From the NCBI GenBank assembly GCA_014380425.1, contig JACMJX010000073.1:1-51427 (forward strand): a DNA stretch of 51,427 nucleotides, in the 5' to 3' direction. This DNA comes from Chitinophagaceae bacterium (GTDB taxonomy: Bacteria > Bacteroidota > Bacteroidia > Chitinophagales > Chitinophagaceae). Below the pieces are notes generated by a model. The model saw nothing but the letters and a program-made list of their open reading frames with translations. It was not told where the DNA came from and did not search any database. Below are positions 28,245 through 37,155 of this stretch, piece after piece. Both the position numbers and the translations under genes were made by a program. Each line of letters opens with the position of its first letter. Position 1 is the first letter of the stretch.

Positions 28245-30728
28245 CTACTTGGAAGAAAATGGCACTATTACTTTTACACCTATATTACGGCCCATATTAT
28301 AAATACCCGATCGGCCGTCGGGTGTTGCTGCGAAGTATTCAAAATACTTCAATCTGCTCTGGTTGCTTTGGTAAACTCTATTCAGAACATTTGTAACTTG
28401 GAAAAAGACTTGAAACTGCTCTCTTCCCTGCCGGCTTACGATAGTAGCGCCGCAACCAATGTTTAACAGCATATACCCTTCAGTAAAAGTTTCCGTATCA
28501 TCTGCTCCGTAAAATCTGTCCTGCTTGCCAAAAGCATCAGCTTCTACTGTTGCATATGCTTTAGAAAAAATACCGTATATGGTATTCGAAGTAGCTTTGA
28601 CAGATGAATTAAAATGCAAAGGTGGAATAAAGGGGAGGTACTTCGCCTTGTCACCGTAGATTTTAAGTAATTGGTCGTTCTTGTTGATCCCGGTTACGTA
28701 AGCAACGCTATTATTAAACGTAAGCCATTCCATGCTTCTTGGGTGGAGTTGAATGCTCACTTCACCGCCATAAAGCCGAGCCCTTGCCTGTTGATATTTA
28801 TAAGTAGCATTGCCCGGCACTATCACTACAGGTTCTCCGTTATCATCATAGAGCTTCGCCTGGTAAATATAATGATCGATATTATTATTAAAGAGTTCTA
28901 CGCTGATGTTTACGTCACTCAGGTAAGCTATCATGCCAATATCCTGCTGAAGGCTGAATTCAGGCTCAAAGTTTCTATTACCCTGGTAAACGATACGGGC
29001 ACCCGGATCAAGACCATTGCTACCCACTTCGGTTATGCTGGGGCTTCTGTAGCCCCTCGCAATGTTGGCTTTGAGCACAACGCGCTCTGTAATATTATAG
29101 GCGACTCCAAAGCTACCTGTCACTCCACTATAGTTCCGGTTGAAGGCAGGAAACTGGAGCGATGCTCCCGCGGTGTCAGTTGGCGCAACCTGCCTATCGA
29201 AACCTGTGACAGGATTGTTTTGAACATAAAAGTTATTCCATCTAAGGTTCCTGTTGTCATACCGAACACCCCCTGACAGGTCGAACTTGCCAACTGTTCT
29301 TTTGACGAATAAATAACTCCCAATATCGCTTAAATCGTAATCTGGAATCGGGAAATCGGTGGCATCGCGGCTTTTATTGTTCTGAAACATGCCATTGATA
29401 CCCACGGTCAACTCATAATTCTTTATATCAGGAAGATTGTATTTCAGCCCATAATTCAAAGTATTTAATACTACGTAGAGGCCAGCCTGTCTCGGCATCG
29501 ATGGATGGTTGTATTCTCTACGAATACTCTGTTGAAACCCTGCTGTCAGTTGAAAATCCCCTGCCCCCGCTTTTAACTTATTGTGTGTATATAAGCGGTA
29601 ATGTTGAATGTGCTGATGCAATGGCGTAATGGAGTAGCTTCTTAATTCATTGTTACTAACTATTGGCCGGTTTTTGATGTCATCGAGATCAGATTCAAGG
29701 ATCTGTTTGGTGAACCGTCTGGAGCTGCTGTCCCTGCTTCCATCGGGTATTTCCTGAATATTATTATAGAGTGTTGCCGCTACCTGAGCATAGCCCCATT
29801 TTTTATCAGTTCTTACCTTTCCCGATAAGTGATATTCTCTGTATCCCGTGTTATAAACCAGTCCATCAGCCTTATTGCGATAATCACGGGCTATTTTACC
29901 GGTAGCGCGAAGGGCATACTTCCAGTCATTCCGTTTGTAAGAAAGGCCCAAAGACGTAGCGGCCATAGCATTATTGCTCTGATAGTCGGTTAGTATCTCT
30001 CCTTTCAGCTTTCCCTCCGCTCCTTCAGGAAGCGCAGGTATCATATTGATTACACCGGCTGTAGCGTCAGAGCCATAGGTTAAACTGGCAGGTCCCTTCA
30101 CTACTTCTGCCCTTTCAATTCCATAGGCATCGATCTCTATACCATGCTCATCACCCCATTGCTGGCCTTCCTGGCGGATTCCATCATACATGGTAAGCAC
30201 CCGGTTATACCCCAGGCCTCTGATAAATGGCTTGGATATGTTTGGACCCGTAGTAACCGTACTTACTCCGGGGAGGCCTCTTGTTATGGCATCTATAATA
30301 TTTCCGGTAGCACGAGTGTTCATTTCCTTTCTTGAAACGACCGCGACAGGAACAGGATTTCTTCTCAGTTCTGTAGCCCGGGAAACCGCGGTTACGATCA
30401 CCTCGGCCAAGCCAGAGCTATTTGCATCGAGATTGAAGTTCATGGTTGCCGTTTCTCCTGCTTTAAGATGCATTCGCTTTATCGCTGGCCGGTAACCGAC
30501 ACCAGAAACCTGAATTATGTATATTCCTGCCGGCAGCTCTCTAAATATGTAGTGCCCATTACTATCGGCAACCAGATTGTTTTGATTAACTGTTATACTT
30601 GCCGATGGAACAACCTTACCATCACTCATTATAGTGCCTCTAACAATGGCCCTTTCCTGCCCGGCAGATGGAATAGCCAAAGCAATAATGAGAATTGAAA
30701 GAAAGAGTCTCAGTAAAAGAGGAGCCAT
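28245..30728 (-). CDS. TonB-dependent receptor with N-terminal carboxypeptidase-regulatory-like domain
   Basis: The 827-aa ORF has a signal peptide, a CarboxypepD_reg-like region (VRGTI...GIYIIQVSGVGY) and a plug (FIRGLGYNRVLTMYDGIRQ). The beta-barrel ends in VIVPFSSK. Confidence 0.9.
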   Translation of the reverse strand: MAPLLLRLFLSILIIALAIPSAGQERAIVRGTIMSDGKVVPSASITVNQNNLVADSNGHYIFRELPAGIYIIQVSGVGYRPAIKRMHLKAGETATMNFNLDANSSGLAEVIVTAVSRATELRRNPVPVAVVSRKEMNTRATGNIIDAITRGLPGVSTVTTGPNISKPFIRGLGYNRVLTMYDGIRQEGQQWGDEHGIEIDAYGIERAEVVKGPASLTYGSDATAGVINMIPALPEGAEGKLKGEILTDYQSNNAMAATSLGLSYKRNDWKYALRATGKIARDYRNKADGLVYNTGYREYHLSGKVRTDKKWGYAQVAATLYNNIQEIPDGSRDSSSRRFTKQILESDLDDIKNRPIVSNNELRSYSITPLHQHIQHYRLYTHNKLKAGAGDFQLTAGFQQSIRREYNHPSMPRQAGLYVVLNTLNYGLKYNLPDIKNYELTVGINGMFQNNKSRDATDFPIPDYDLSDIGSYLFVKRTVGKFDLSGGVRYDNRNLRWNNFYVQNNPVTGFDRQVAPTDTAGASLQFPAFNRNYSGVTGSFGVAYNITERVVLKANIARGYRSPSITEVGSNGLDPGARIVYQGNRNFEPEFSLQQDIGMIAYLSDVNISVELFNNNIDHYIYQAKLYDDNGEPVVIVPGNATYKYQQARARLYGGEVSIQLHPRSMEWLTFNNSVAYVTGINKNDQLLKIYGDKAKYLPFIPPLHFNSSVKATSNTIYGIFSKAYATVEADAFGKQDRFYGADDTETFTEGYMLLNIGCGATIVSRQGREQFQVFFQVTNVLNRVYQSNQSRLKYFEYFAATPDGRSGIYNMGRNIGVKVIVPFSSK

Positions 30729-30759
30729 AATCTTTGTATTTGAATAGCAAAATAAATAA

Positions 30760-30777
30760 TGTTAGGCAAATCTAACA
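30760..30777. promoter_or_regulatory. Candidate operator palindrome in the divergent promoter region
   Basis: TGTTAG-GCAAAT-CTAACA lies within 1 nt of the centre of the 82-bp intergenic region. Its minus strand contains TAGATTTG (30767-30774), a perfect TAnnTTTG box facing the receptor gene. Confidence 0.4.
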
Positions 30778-30810
30778 AATATTATTAAGATTTTTTTCTA
30801 ACTTTGTTTT

Positions 30811-31521
30811 ATGCTATCGTATACAGAAGAGAATTATTTAAAAGCGCTACTTCAGCTAACGGTTGAAAAAGGCAATAAAGAGGGAGCCGGTACTAACGAA
30901 TTGGCTGTACACTTAAATCTCAAACCTGCTACCGCCAATGACATGCTTAAGAAGCTAAAAGAAAAAAAACTGGTGGAATATGAGAAATACGGAAAGTCTT
31001 CCCTGACCAGGGAGGGAAGACGACTTGCTACCGACGTTGTACGCAAGCATCGTCTATGGGAAACCTTTTTATTTGAAAAACTTGCTTTTGCCTGGGATGA
31101 GGTACACGAGGTAGCTGAACAGCTGGAACACATTCAAAGTAAGAAATTAGTAGATAAGCTCGATGAATTTCTTGGTTTTCCGGGCTTCGATCCTCATGGA
31201 GATGTAATACCGAATGCTCGTGGAGAACTGCAGATGCGCTCCACTAAAACACTGCATGAGGAAGTGGTAAATCATCGCTGCACGATGGTTGCTGTTAAAG
31301 ATAATGCGGCTTCTTTTCTTCAATACGTAAACCAGGTTGGCTTACGCATCAATGATACTATTCATGTTCTTTCAAGGCAACCATACGATGACCTGATGGA
31401 AATAGAAGTAAACGGTAAAAAATCGAGTATAAGCTCCCGGTTTGCTGAAAATATCGTGGTGTCCTGTAAGGATTGCGATATAGCTAAGCCGAAAATTAAA
31501 AGCTTGAATGCAATCAAATAA
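30811..31521 (+). CDS. DtxR/MntR-family metal-dependent transcriptional regulator with C-terminal FeoA/SH3-like domain
   Basis: An N-terminal winged HTH is followed by the metal-site pattern RKHRLWE...VHEVAEQLEH (H80, E84, H99, E103, E106, H107). Total length is 236 aa. Confidence 0.85.
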   Translation: MLSYTEENYLKALLQLTVEKGNKEGAGTNELAVHLNLKPATANDMLKKLKEKKLVEYEKYGKSSLTREGRRLATDVVRKHRLWETFLFEKLAFAWDEVHEVAEQLEHIQSKKLVDKLDEFLGFPGFDPHGDVIPNARGELQMRSTKTLHEEVVNHRCTMVAVKDNAASFLQYVNQVGLRINDTIHVLSRQPYDDLMEIEVNGKKSSISSRFAENIVVSCKDCDIAKPKIKSLNAIK

Positions 31522-31731
31522 AAAAAGGAGCCGTATAGAAATACACTCCGATTTATTTCCAATATCCTATGAAAAACCGAGTTTAGTAAAATTTAGCCCC
31601 CTGAGGTTATCGGGGTTGATTACAATGCAAATATCACGTGATTGAAGTTTTTTTAAAAGAGGCACTTGACGGATGGCATACCTGGATTTATATGTGGGGG
31701 GTTTTACCTAACAAAAATCGAGTAGAATATA

Positions 31732-32205
31732 TCAATGCGCGCTTCCCATAAATGAATTCAGGCCCTTACGGGCGCCCTTTTGAACTTTCCGCTTCATCCA
31801 GCCCGTCCAGCCAAACAGTACTCCCTTCCATCCAAGAGCCTGTCCGATCCAGGTGCTGAGACGAAAAGCATCGCTGTGTTCCACTATTTTACCATCCTTT
31901 AGCTTCATATGAGCTTTTACCTGATTCACTACCTTATTACCGGTTTTAGAGAACGTGTAAGTGGCCACCCAACGGCAGGTGGCATACTCTTCATCCAGTA
32001 ACTCTATTTCAGAAAACGTAAGGGAGAAATCGCGGGCATTTCGGCATAACATTTCCCACATCGCCGTTACTTCAACACCTTCCAGCACTAGAAATACAGG
32101 GTCGCTGAATACAATATTGTAGGAATAGCAGGCATTCATAGCCGAGGCGTCTAGTTGCTGGAAAGCGGTGTAAAAATGATGAATTACCTCTTTGTTATCA
32201 ATCAT
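31732..32205 (-). CDS. NTF2/SnoaL-like fold protein
   Basis: VIHHFYTAFQQLDASAMNACYS is typical of SnoaL-like/NTF2-family proteins. Length is 157 aa. Confidence 0.65.
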   Translation of the reverse strand: MIDNKEVIHHFYTAFQQLDASAMNACYSYNIVFSDPVFLVLEGVEVTAMWEMLCRNARDFSLTFSEIELLDEEYATCRWVATYTFSKTGNKVVNQVKAHMKLKDGKIVEHSDAFRLSTWIGQALGWKGVLFGWTGWMKRKVQKGARKGLNSFMGSAH

Positions 32206-32401
32206 AGTGTATCAATTCTATTTGACCATCTAGCGTAAATATAGGATGCAGATGATGATTTAATCGGATTATTTAGGGGACGGAAGGCAAATAAATCAAC
32301 TGTGAAAATCTTTTCCCATCCTCCCTGTTTAAAGCCTTGGGTTAGCCGGGCAGCAGCCAAGGAATGATTTTTTGCACTGCTTTATCATTAAATTGTCTAG
32401 T

Positions 32402-32911
32402 ATGTTTAAAAATATCCAATGGGGCTATTACGCTAAATATGGACTGATAGCGGCGATAGCATATCTGGTTCCTCTTTCCATCTTTATAAAACTTTCATCT
32501 TTTACACAAAGTTGGCTATTGTATATCGGCAATTTTGCGTTTATGATAGTAGTGGCTGCATTTCACCTCGTGTTTAACAAGAATCGCCGGGAAAATGCAA
32601 GCTCTACTGCATCATTTCTCGCTGGTCATATAGTAACAATGTTGGGGACTTTAATGGCAACACTCCTTTCTCTTTTGCTGCTGGTTATTCTGGTGCCTGG
32701 GCTTTTAGAATACGGAACGCCTGATAAAGTGCTTACAGAATCCCCCGACAATAATATATTGGATAGAACCAATGGCCTGGTTCCCATGATATTGCTAAGT
32801 GTTACCGTTTGCAACTTCGGCGTAGGATCTTTCATTGCTCTATTGTTTCCTTTCACTTTAAAGGCAGATCAAACAAAAGAGAAGGTTTCACCTTCACAAT
32901 CAGAATACTAA
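32402..32911 (+). CDS. Hypothetical integral membrane protein
   Basis: Four predicted TM segments and no recognised motif. ATG 32402 is preferred over the TTG at 32372. Confidence 0.5.
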   Translation: MFKNIQWGYYAKYGLIAAIAYLVPLSIFIKLSSFTQSWLLYIGNFAFMIVVAAFHLVFNKNRRENASSTASFLAGHIVTMLGTLMATLLSLLLLVILVPGLLEYGTPDKVLTESPDNNILDRTNGLVPMILLSVTVCNFGVGSFIALLFPFTLKADQTKEKVSPSQSEY

Positions 32912-32941
32912 GGCTGACCAATGTATTTGATTTACGTTAGT

Positions 32942-34201
32942 TCAGTAGGCTAGCTTGAATCTGGAAAGATTCGGAACATACGTTGGTTGTCTTGTCAATT
33001 CCAGCTCATAAATAATTCTTCCGAGGTTTTTAAGAAACGGTTTGCAGACTGTTTCGTATTCATACTTATCATCATTAAAAACGCCATCGTTATTGGATTG
33101 AACAACCGCTGATAGTAGAAATTCGACATTGTGGTCAAAATCTACAATGTAGGCGTTGTCTATGATATATCCGTAGGAATCACCATATTTATTGAAGATC
33201 CTGATAGAAGGATTTATTACTGCATTGCTGTCTGAGCCGTAATAAAGGAATTTGCCATAGGCCGGGTAGTATTCTGAAAGGTTGTAAGCCGGCACTTTGC
33301 TTTCGCCTGGTAACATACTCATGTATCGATATAGAAAATTGTAATCATTCGAGGTGAGCCGGAAACGTTGTTTTTTATGAAAACTTTCTGGAAAAAGAAG
33401 ACGGCGCAATATCATCTGCTGGTCATACAGGGAGTAGACATTCATATCGCTGAAATCAAAGGGCTGCCGAACAAGAGAATCCTTTCCGTCAACGTAAGCA
33501 TGCCCTTGCAGGGTGTTTTCAAGCTGTATTGTATATTCAAGGCGGTCGTATTGGAGGGGCTGTTGGTATAGCAATTGCCCGTTATTTGTAAACCGAACCG
33601 GATTTGTGTACCTTTTGGATGCGCCTTTGTCCCCCACTGCCAGCCTTCCGTTTATACGGCTATGCTTTAATCCGAATGCTTTAAGTCTCTGATTGATTCT
33701 CTCCCTACCGACAAATTCATAGACTCGATTGTACGCGTCATTGTCACTAACCAGCAAAATCTTTTTTATGTAATGTTCAATAGAAGGCAGGCCACTCTTG
33801 GAACTACTATCCTTAATTACGCTGGTTTGATTTGGAAAGGCACTATCCGTTAGCATTGCTGTTTCCTTTGTTAAGCCAGCAATACCAAGCTCATTTATCT
33901 TTTCCAAAGCAAATATAGCTGTAGGAAGCTTTACAGTGCTGGCGGGGTAAAAGTACCGCTGAGGATTAAGCCGGTAACTATAATAAGCAAAAGATGGTTT
34001 GTTCTTCTTATCACGGGTTATGCGTGTATATAAAATCTGTACCTCTTTTTTACCGGGATCTTTTAGGATGGTATCGAATAAATGTGCGTTGGAACGAAGC
34101 AGTTGCTCAAGTAGAAGCGTGTCTGTTTTTTGGGCTGTTGCAGGGATAGATAAAAATAGTACCGTTATGTAAATAACTATCTTTATATTAAGTAGCTTCA
34201 T
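32942..34201 (-). CDS. Serine hydrolase, class A beta-lactamase-like fold
   Basis: Signal peptide, SxxK (ASTVK), SDN (VSDNDAYN) and a KxG-like NKYGDS. Confidence 0.7.
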   Translation of the reverse strand: MKLLNIKIVIYITVLFLSIPATAQKTDTLLLEQLLRSNAHLFDTILKDPGKKEVQILYTRITRDKKNKPSFAYYSYRLNPQRYFYPASTVKLPTAIFALEKINELGIAGLTKETAMLTDSAFPNQTSVIKDSSSKSGLPSIEHYIKKILLVSDNDAYNRVYEFVGRERINQRLKAFGLKHSRINGRLAVGDKGASKRYTNPVRFTNNGQLLYQQPLQYDRLEYTIQLENTLQGHAYVDGKDSLVRQPFDFSDMNVYSLYDQQMILRRLLFPESFHKKQRFRLTSNDYNFLYRYMSMLPGESKVPAYNLSEYYPAYGKFLYYGSDSNAVINPSIRIFNKYGDSYGYIIDNAYIVDFDHNVEFLLSAVVQSNNDGVFNDDKYEYETVCKPFLKNLGRIIYELELTRQPTYVPNLSRFKLAY

Positions 34202-34451
34202 ATTGAGTAAAATGCGATTAAGGTAGGTAAATTTCTGGTAATATACAGACGGCGGGTGCAGATTACCCCTTTGAGTGGCATAAATTTAGCAACGGGTGAA
34301 GTTGTTGTCAAGAATCGATCATTACGTTTTAATAGCGAACGGTGTTTGAACTATTGGCAATCTACCAGAGTTATACATTACATTGTGCAGCACCAGGCGA
34401 TCGGTACCTAAAATAATAAAATTCGAGTAAGCGTAATTAAAGGAGACAACT

Positions 34452-35714
34452 ATGGCAAAGAAAGTAATTATAATAGGCGGTGGATTCGCCGGGATCAATC
34501 TGGCAAAATCGCTCAGCAAAGACCTCGAATTTGATATCACAATAGTCGATCGCAACAATTATCATTTCTTTCCTCCTCTTATTTACCAGGTTTCCACTGG
34601 TTTTCTCGAAGCTTCCAGCATCAGTTATCCATTTAGAAAGCTTTTCCGGAAAAAGAATGTAGACTTTCGCATGGGAGAAGTGCAAAAGGTAGTACCGGAC
34701 GAGAATAAGATCGTTCTTTCTACAGGTGAAGTTTCTTACGATTATCTTGTTTTTGCTACAGGCACTGAAACGAACTACTTCGGATTGGAAAATGTGCGGA
34801 GGAACGCAATACCGATGAAAACATTGAATGATGCGTTAGAAATGAGAAATACGATGCTGCAAAGATTGGAGGATTCAACTATTACTGAAAATGAGGGCGA
34901 ACGAAAAAAGCTCCTGAACATCGTGGTGGCGGGGGGAGGCCCAACAGGAGTAGAGATTTCTGGTATGTTTGCCGAAATGAGGAAAAATATAATAAGCAAA
35001 GATTATCCAAGGATTACTAATACGGGAGCAGAAATCTATCTGGTAGATGGTGGCGATAGGCTTTTGGCTCCGATGAGTGAAAAATCGCAGCAGGATACTT
35101 ATAAAGCGCTTGAAAGAATGGGTGTGAAAATAAAACTGAACCACCAGGTGAAAGATTATGTGAACGATACGGTTTATTTTGCCAACGGAAATTCGATAGA
35201 AACAAAAACACTGATCTGGGCTGCAGGAGTTACTGCTTCTGTTTTCGAGGGAATAGCAAAAGAAAGTTACGGAAGAGGCAGACGTATGCTTGTCGACGCG
35301 TTTAACAAGGTAGTGGGTACTATTAATATTTATGCTATAGGCGACACGAGCCTTCAGACTACTGACCTTGGCTTTCCGGGTGGACATCCTCAGGTGGCCC
35401 AGGTTGCCATACAGCATGGCCTGAACCTGGCTCACAACTTTAAAGCAGCACTGCGCAATAAGCCGCTTAAATCATTTCGATACAAAGACAAAGGATCTAT
35501 GGCTATCATAGGTAAAAATAAGGCAGTCGCGGATATTCCAAAACCATCCATACACCTTAGGGGCATTATTGCCTGGCTGGCCTGGCTATTTGTTCACCTA
35601 TTTTCGTTGATTAGTCACCGAAACCGGGTTAGTACATTTTTCAACTGGATGATTTCTTATTTTACTAATGACCAGGCGCTCCGCATGATCATAAGGCCGG
35701 TGCCTAAAAAGTAG
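34452..35714 (+). CDS. ndh: Type II NADH:quinone oxidoreductase (NDH-2)
   Basis: Two dinucleotide-binding motifs, IIGGGFAG and VAGGGPTGVE, plus a C-terminal amphipathic/membrane anchor. Confidence 0.85.
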   Translation: MAKKVIIIGGGFAGINLAKSLSKDLEFDITIVDRNNYHFFPPLIYQVSTGFLEASSISYPFRKLFRKKNVDFRMGEVQKVVPDENKIVLSTGEVSYDYLVFATGTETNYFGLENVRRNAIPMKTLNDALEMRNTMLQRLEDSTITENEGERKKLLNIVVAGGGPTGVEISGMFAEMRKNIISKDYPRITNTGAEIYLVDGGDRLLAPMSEKSQQDTYKALERMGVKIKLNHQVKDYVNDTVYFANGNSIETKTLIWAAGVTASVFEGIAKESYGRGRRMLVDAFNKVVGTINIYAIGDTSLQTTDLGFPGGHPQVAQVAIQHGLNLAHNFKAALRNKPLKSFRYKDKGSMAIIGKNKAVADIPKPSIHLRGIIAWLAWLFVHLFSLISHRNRVSTFFNWMISYFTNDQALRMIIRPVPKK

Positions 35715-35827
35715 ATACTAGCAAGGAAAAAGAGTCTTTTTCTGTGACTAGCCGACAAAATTATCAATCTGCTAACAATCCGAACATAAGAAATAGCAGT
35801 ATATTTTCTCCAATTGAAATGAATTTG

Positions 35828-35835
35828 TAGTTTTG
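35828..35835 (+). promoter_or_regulatory. Candidate Bacteroidota -7 promoter box for the rhomboid gene
   Basis: TAGTTTTG matches TAnnTTTG and lies 55 nt upstream of ATG 35891. This is a single-motif call. Confidence 0.3.
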
Positions 35836-35890
35836 AGCTCCTGTACCATTATACAATAACCGGTCAATTTAAAGAATACTTTTTTGGTCT

Positions 35891-36715
35891 ATGGGCTTAA
35901 CGGGCATTTTGGTGATTCTGATTATTGCGGCAAACGTTCTAATATCAGCGAAAGGATTTAAAAATATGGATTTCATGGCACGGTACGATTTTCAGGTAGA
36001 AAAAGTGCTGGTGTACAAAGATTATAAGCGTTTATTCACTTCCGCTTTTCTACACGCCAATTGGCTGCATCTTATATTTAATATGATAGCGCTGTTTTAT
36101 TTTGGAATGCAGTTGGGCGCAATTCTCGGAACTCTTGGTTTTCTTCTAACTTTTATTCTCGGTATACTGGGGGGCGTGCTGCTAGCACTATATATACAAA
36201 GGTATAACAGTGGCTACAGCGCAATTGGTCCTTCTGCGGGGATAAATGCCGTAATGCTGGCTTGCATTGCATTGGTTCCAGGCATGCGCATCAGCCTGTT
36301 TTTTATTCCAATCCCAGGGTGGATAATAGGTCTTGCATACATGCTGATTTCCATTTACGGCATTCGCTCCCGAAGAGAAGGCATTAGCCATGAAGCCCAT
36401 CTTGGAGGTGGTATCACCGGTATTATCATAGCAGTCCTGCTTCAACCATCTGCCCTGCAAAATAATCTTTGGGTTATCCTGTTAATGTTGATCCCTTCTC
36501 TTTCGTTTATTTTTCTGATAGTACGCTACCCTCACTTTCTCATTCTCGGTACCTTGAAACCAAGAACCAATCACACCGTGGAAGACCGCGCTAATATAGA
36601 AAGGAAAATTACCGAGGCACAGGTAGACGAAATTCTTGAAAAGATCAACAAAAAAGGCATTAGTAGTCTTACTAAGAAAGAAAAAGAAGCACTTGAGAAG
36701 TATTCGAGGCCATAA
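35891..36715 (+). CDS. Rhomboid-family intramembrane serine protease with soluble C-terminal tail
   Basis: Catalytic GPSAG (GxSx), AHLGGG, about six TM segments, and a charged C-terminal 50 aa. Confidence 0.85.
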   Translation: MGLTGILVILIIAANVLISAKGFKNMDFMARYDFQVEKVLVYKDYKRLFTSAFLHANWLHLIFNMIALFYFGMQLGAILGTLGFLLTFILGILGGVLLALYIQRYNSGYSAIGPSAGINAVMLACIALVPGMRISLFFIPIPGWIIGLAYMLISIYGIRSRREGISHEAHLGGGITGIIIAVLLQPSALQNNLWVILLMLIPSLSFIFLIVRYPHFLILGTLKPRTNHTVEDRANIERKITEAQVDEILEKINKKGISSLTKKEKEALEKYSRP

Positions 36716-36960
36716 TTACATTCAATTAGACGGTTGTTTACGCAAGATAATGGGTCATTCTATCTCGACAATAACGACTATCCCTCTAAAACAGCAAGAG
36801 ATGCTACGTATTTTGATGAATGCACCTTCGCAAAGGTAAATTCTTTGATGAAGTTCGCTTTGTTATCAGTAACTCTGTAGGTGCCGTCAACACCCCCTGT
36901 GTTTACTATACACTATCGCCTTCGAAAATTGGGGTATTGCAGCTACTAACTTTGTTAGTT

Positions 36961-37060
36961 TAGGAGGCCGGTGCAAACTTTTACCAGTTGCTCCAAGGCG
37001 AACGGGAAACTTTCGAGAAAGGAACGAAATCAGCCTGGTTTCCCTGCACCGGACCTCCTA
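36961..37060. repeat. 100-bp element bounded by 15-bp inverted termini (MITE-like or structured RNA)
   Basis: TAGGAGGCCGGTGCA (36961-36975) pairs with TGCACCGGACCTCCTA (37045-37060) over 15 bp with one bulged A. It forms a GC-rich island in an AT-rich gap, and TA dinucleotides lie at both ends. Confidence 0.5.
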
Positions 37061-37063
37061 CCG

Positions 37064-37085
37064 GAGAAAGCCGAGAGAAAGCCAG
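37064..37085 (+). repeat. Tandem 11-nt duplication GAGAAAGCC(GA/AG)
   Basis: GAGAAAGCCGA and GAGAAAGCCAG are directly adjacent. Confidence 0.6.
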
Positions 37086-37111
37086 GGAGGCGCCTAATTA
37101 TGCGTATTAAA

Positions 37112-37155
37112 CGTGGACTAAAGGCGGACTTTACGCGGACTTACCGTGGAGTAGC
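37112..37155 (+). repeat. Four 11-nt-phased direct repeats, consensus CGYGGACTnnn
   Basis: The units are CGTGGACTAAA, GGCGGACTTTA, CGCGGACTTAC and CGTGGAGTAGC. Positions 2, 4, 5, 6 and 8 are invariant. The array lies 110-153 nt upstream of the ECF sigma ATG. Confidence 0.55.

Noticed and set aside
28671-29276. 201-aa plus-strand ORF. Similar long antisense ORFs occur at 24545-25235, 34875-35435, 42842-43348, 47850-48329 and 4421-4897.
   Set aside because: All lie inside, and antisense to, genes with strong family signatures (TonB receptor, SusC, NDH-2, RND pump, patatin, kinase). They have no motifs of their own.
31633-31642. Perfect palindrome ATCACGTGAT
   Set aside because: Ten-bp palindromes are expected dozens of times in a window this size.
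36778-36915. Minus-strand stop-to-stop frame reading CIVNTGGVDGTYRVTDNKANFIKEFTFAKVHSSKYVASLAVLEG
   Set aside because: The composition is protein-like, but it has no start codon and only 45 codons. At best it is a gene remnant and cannot be supported.
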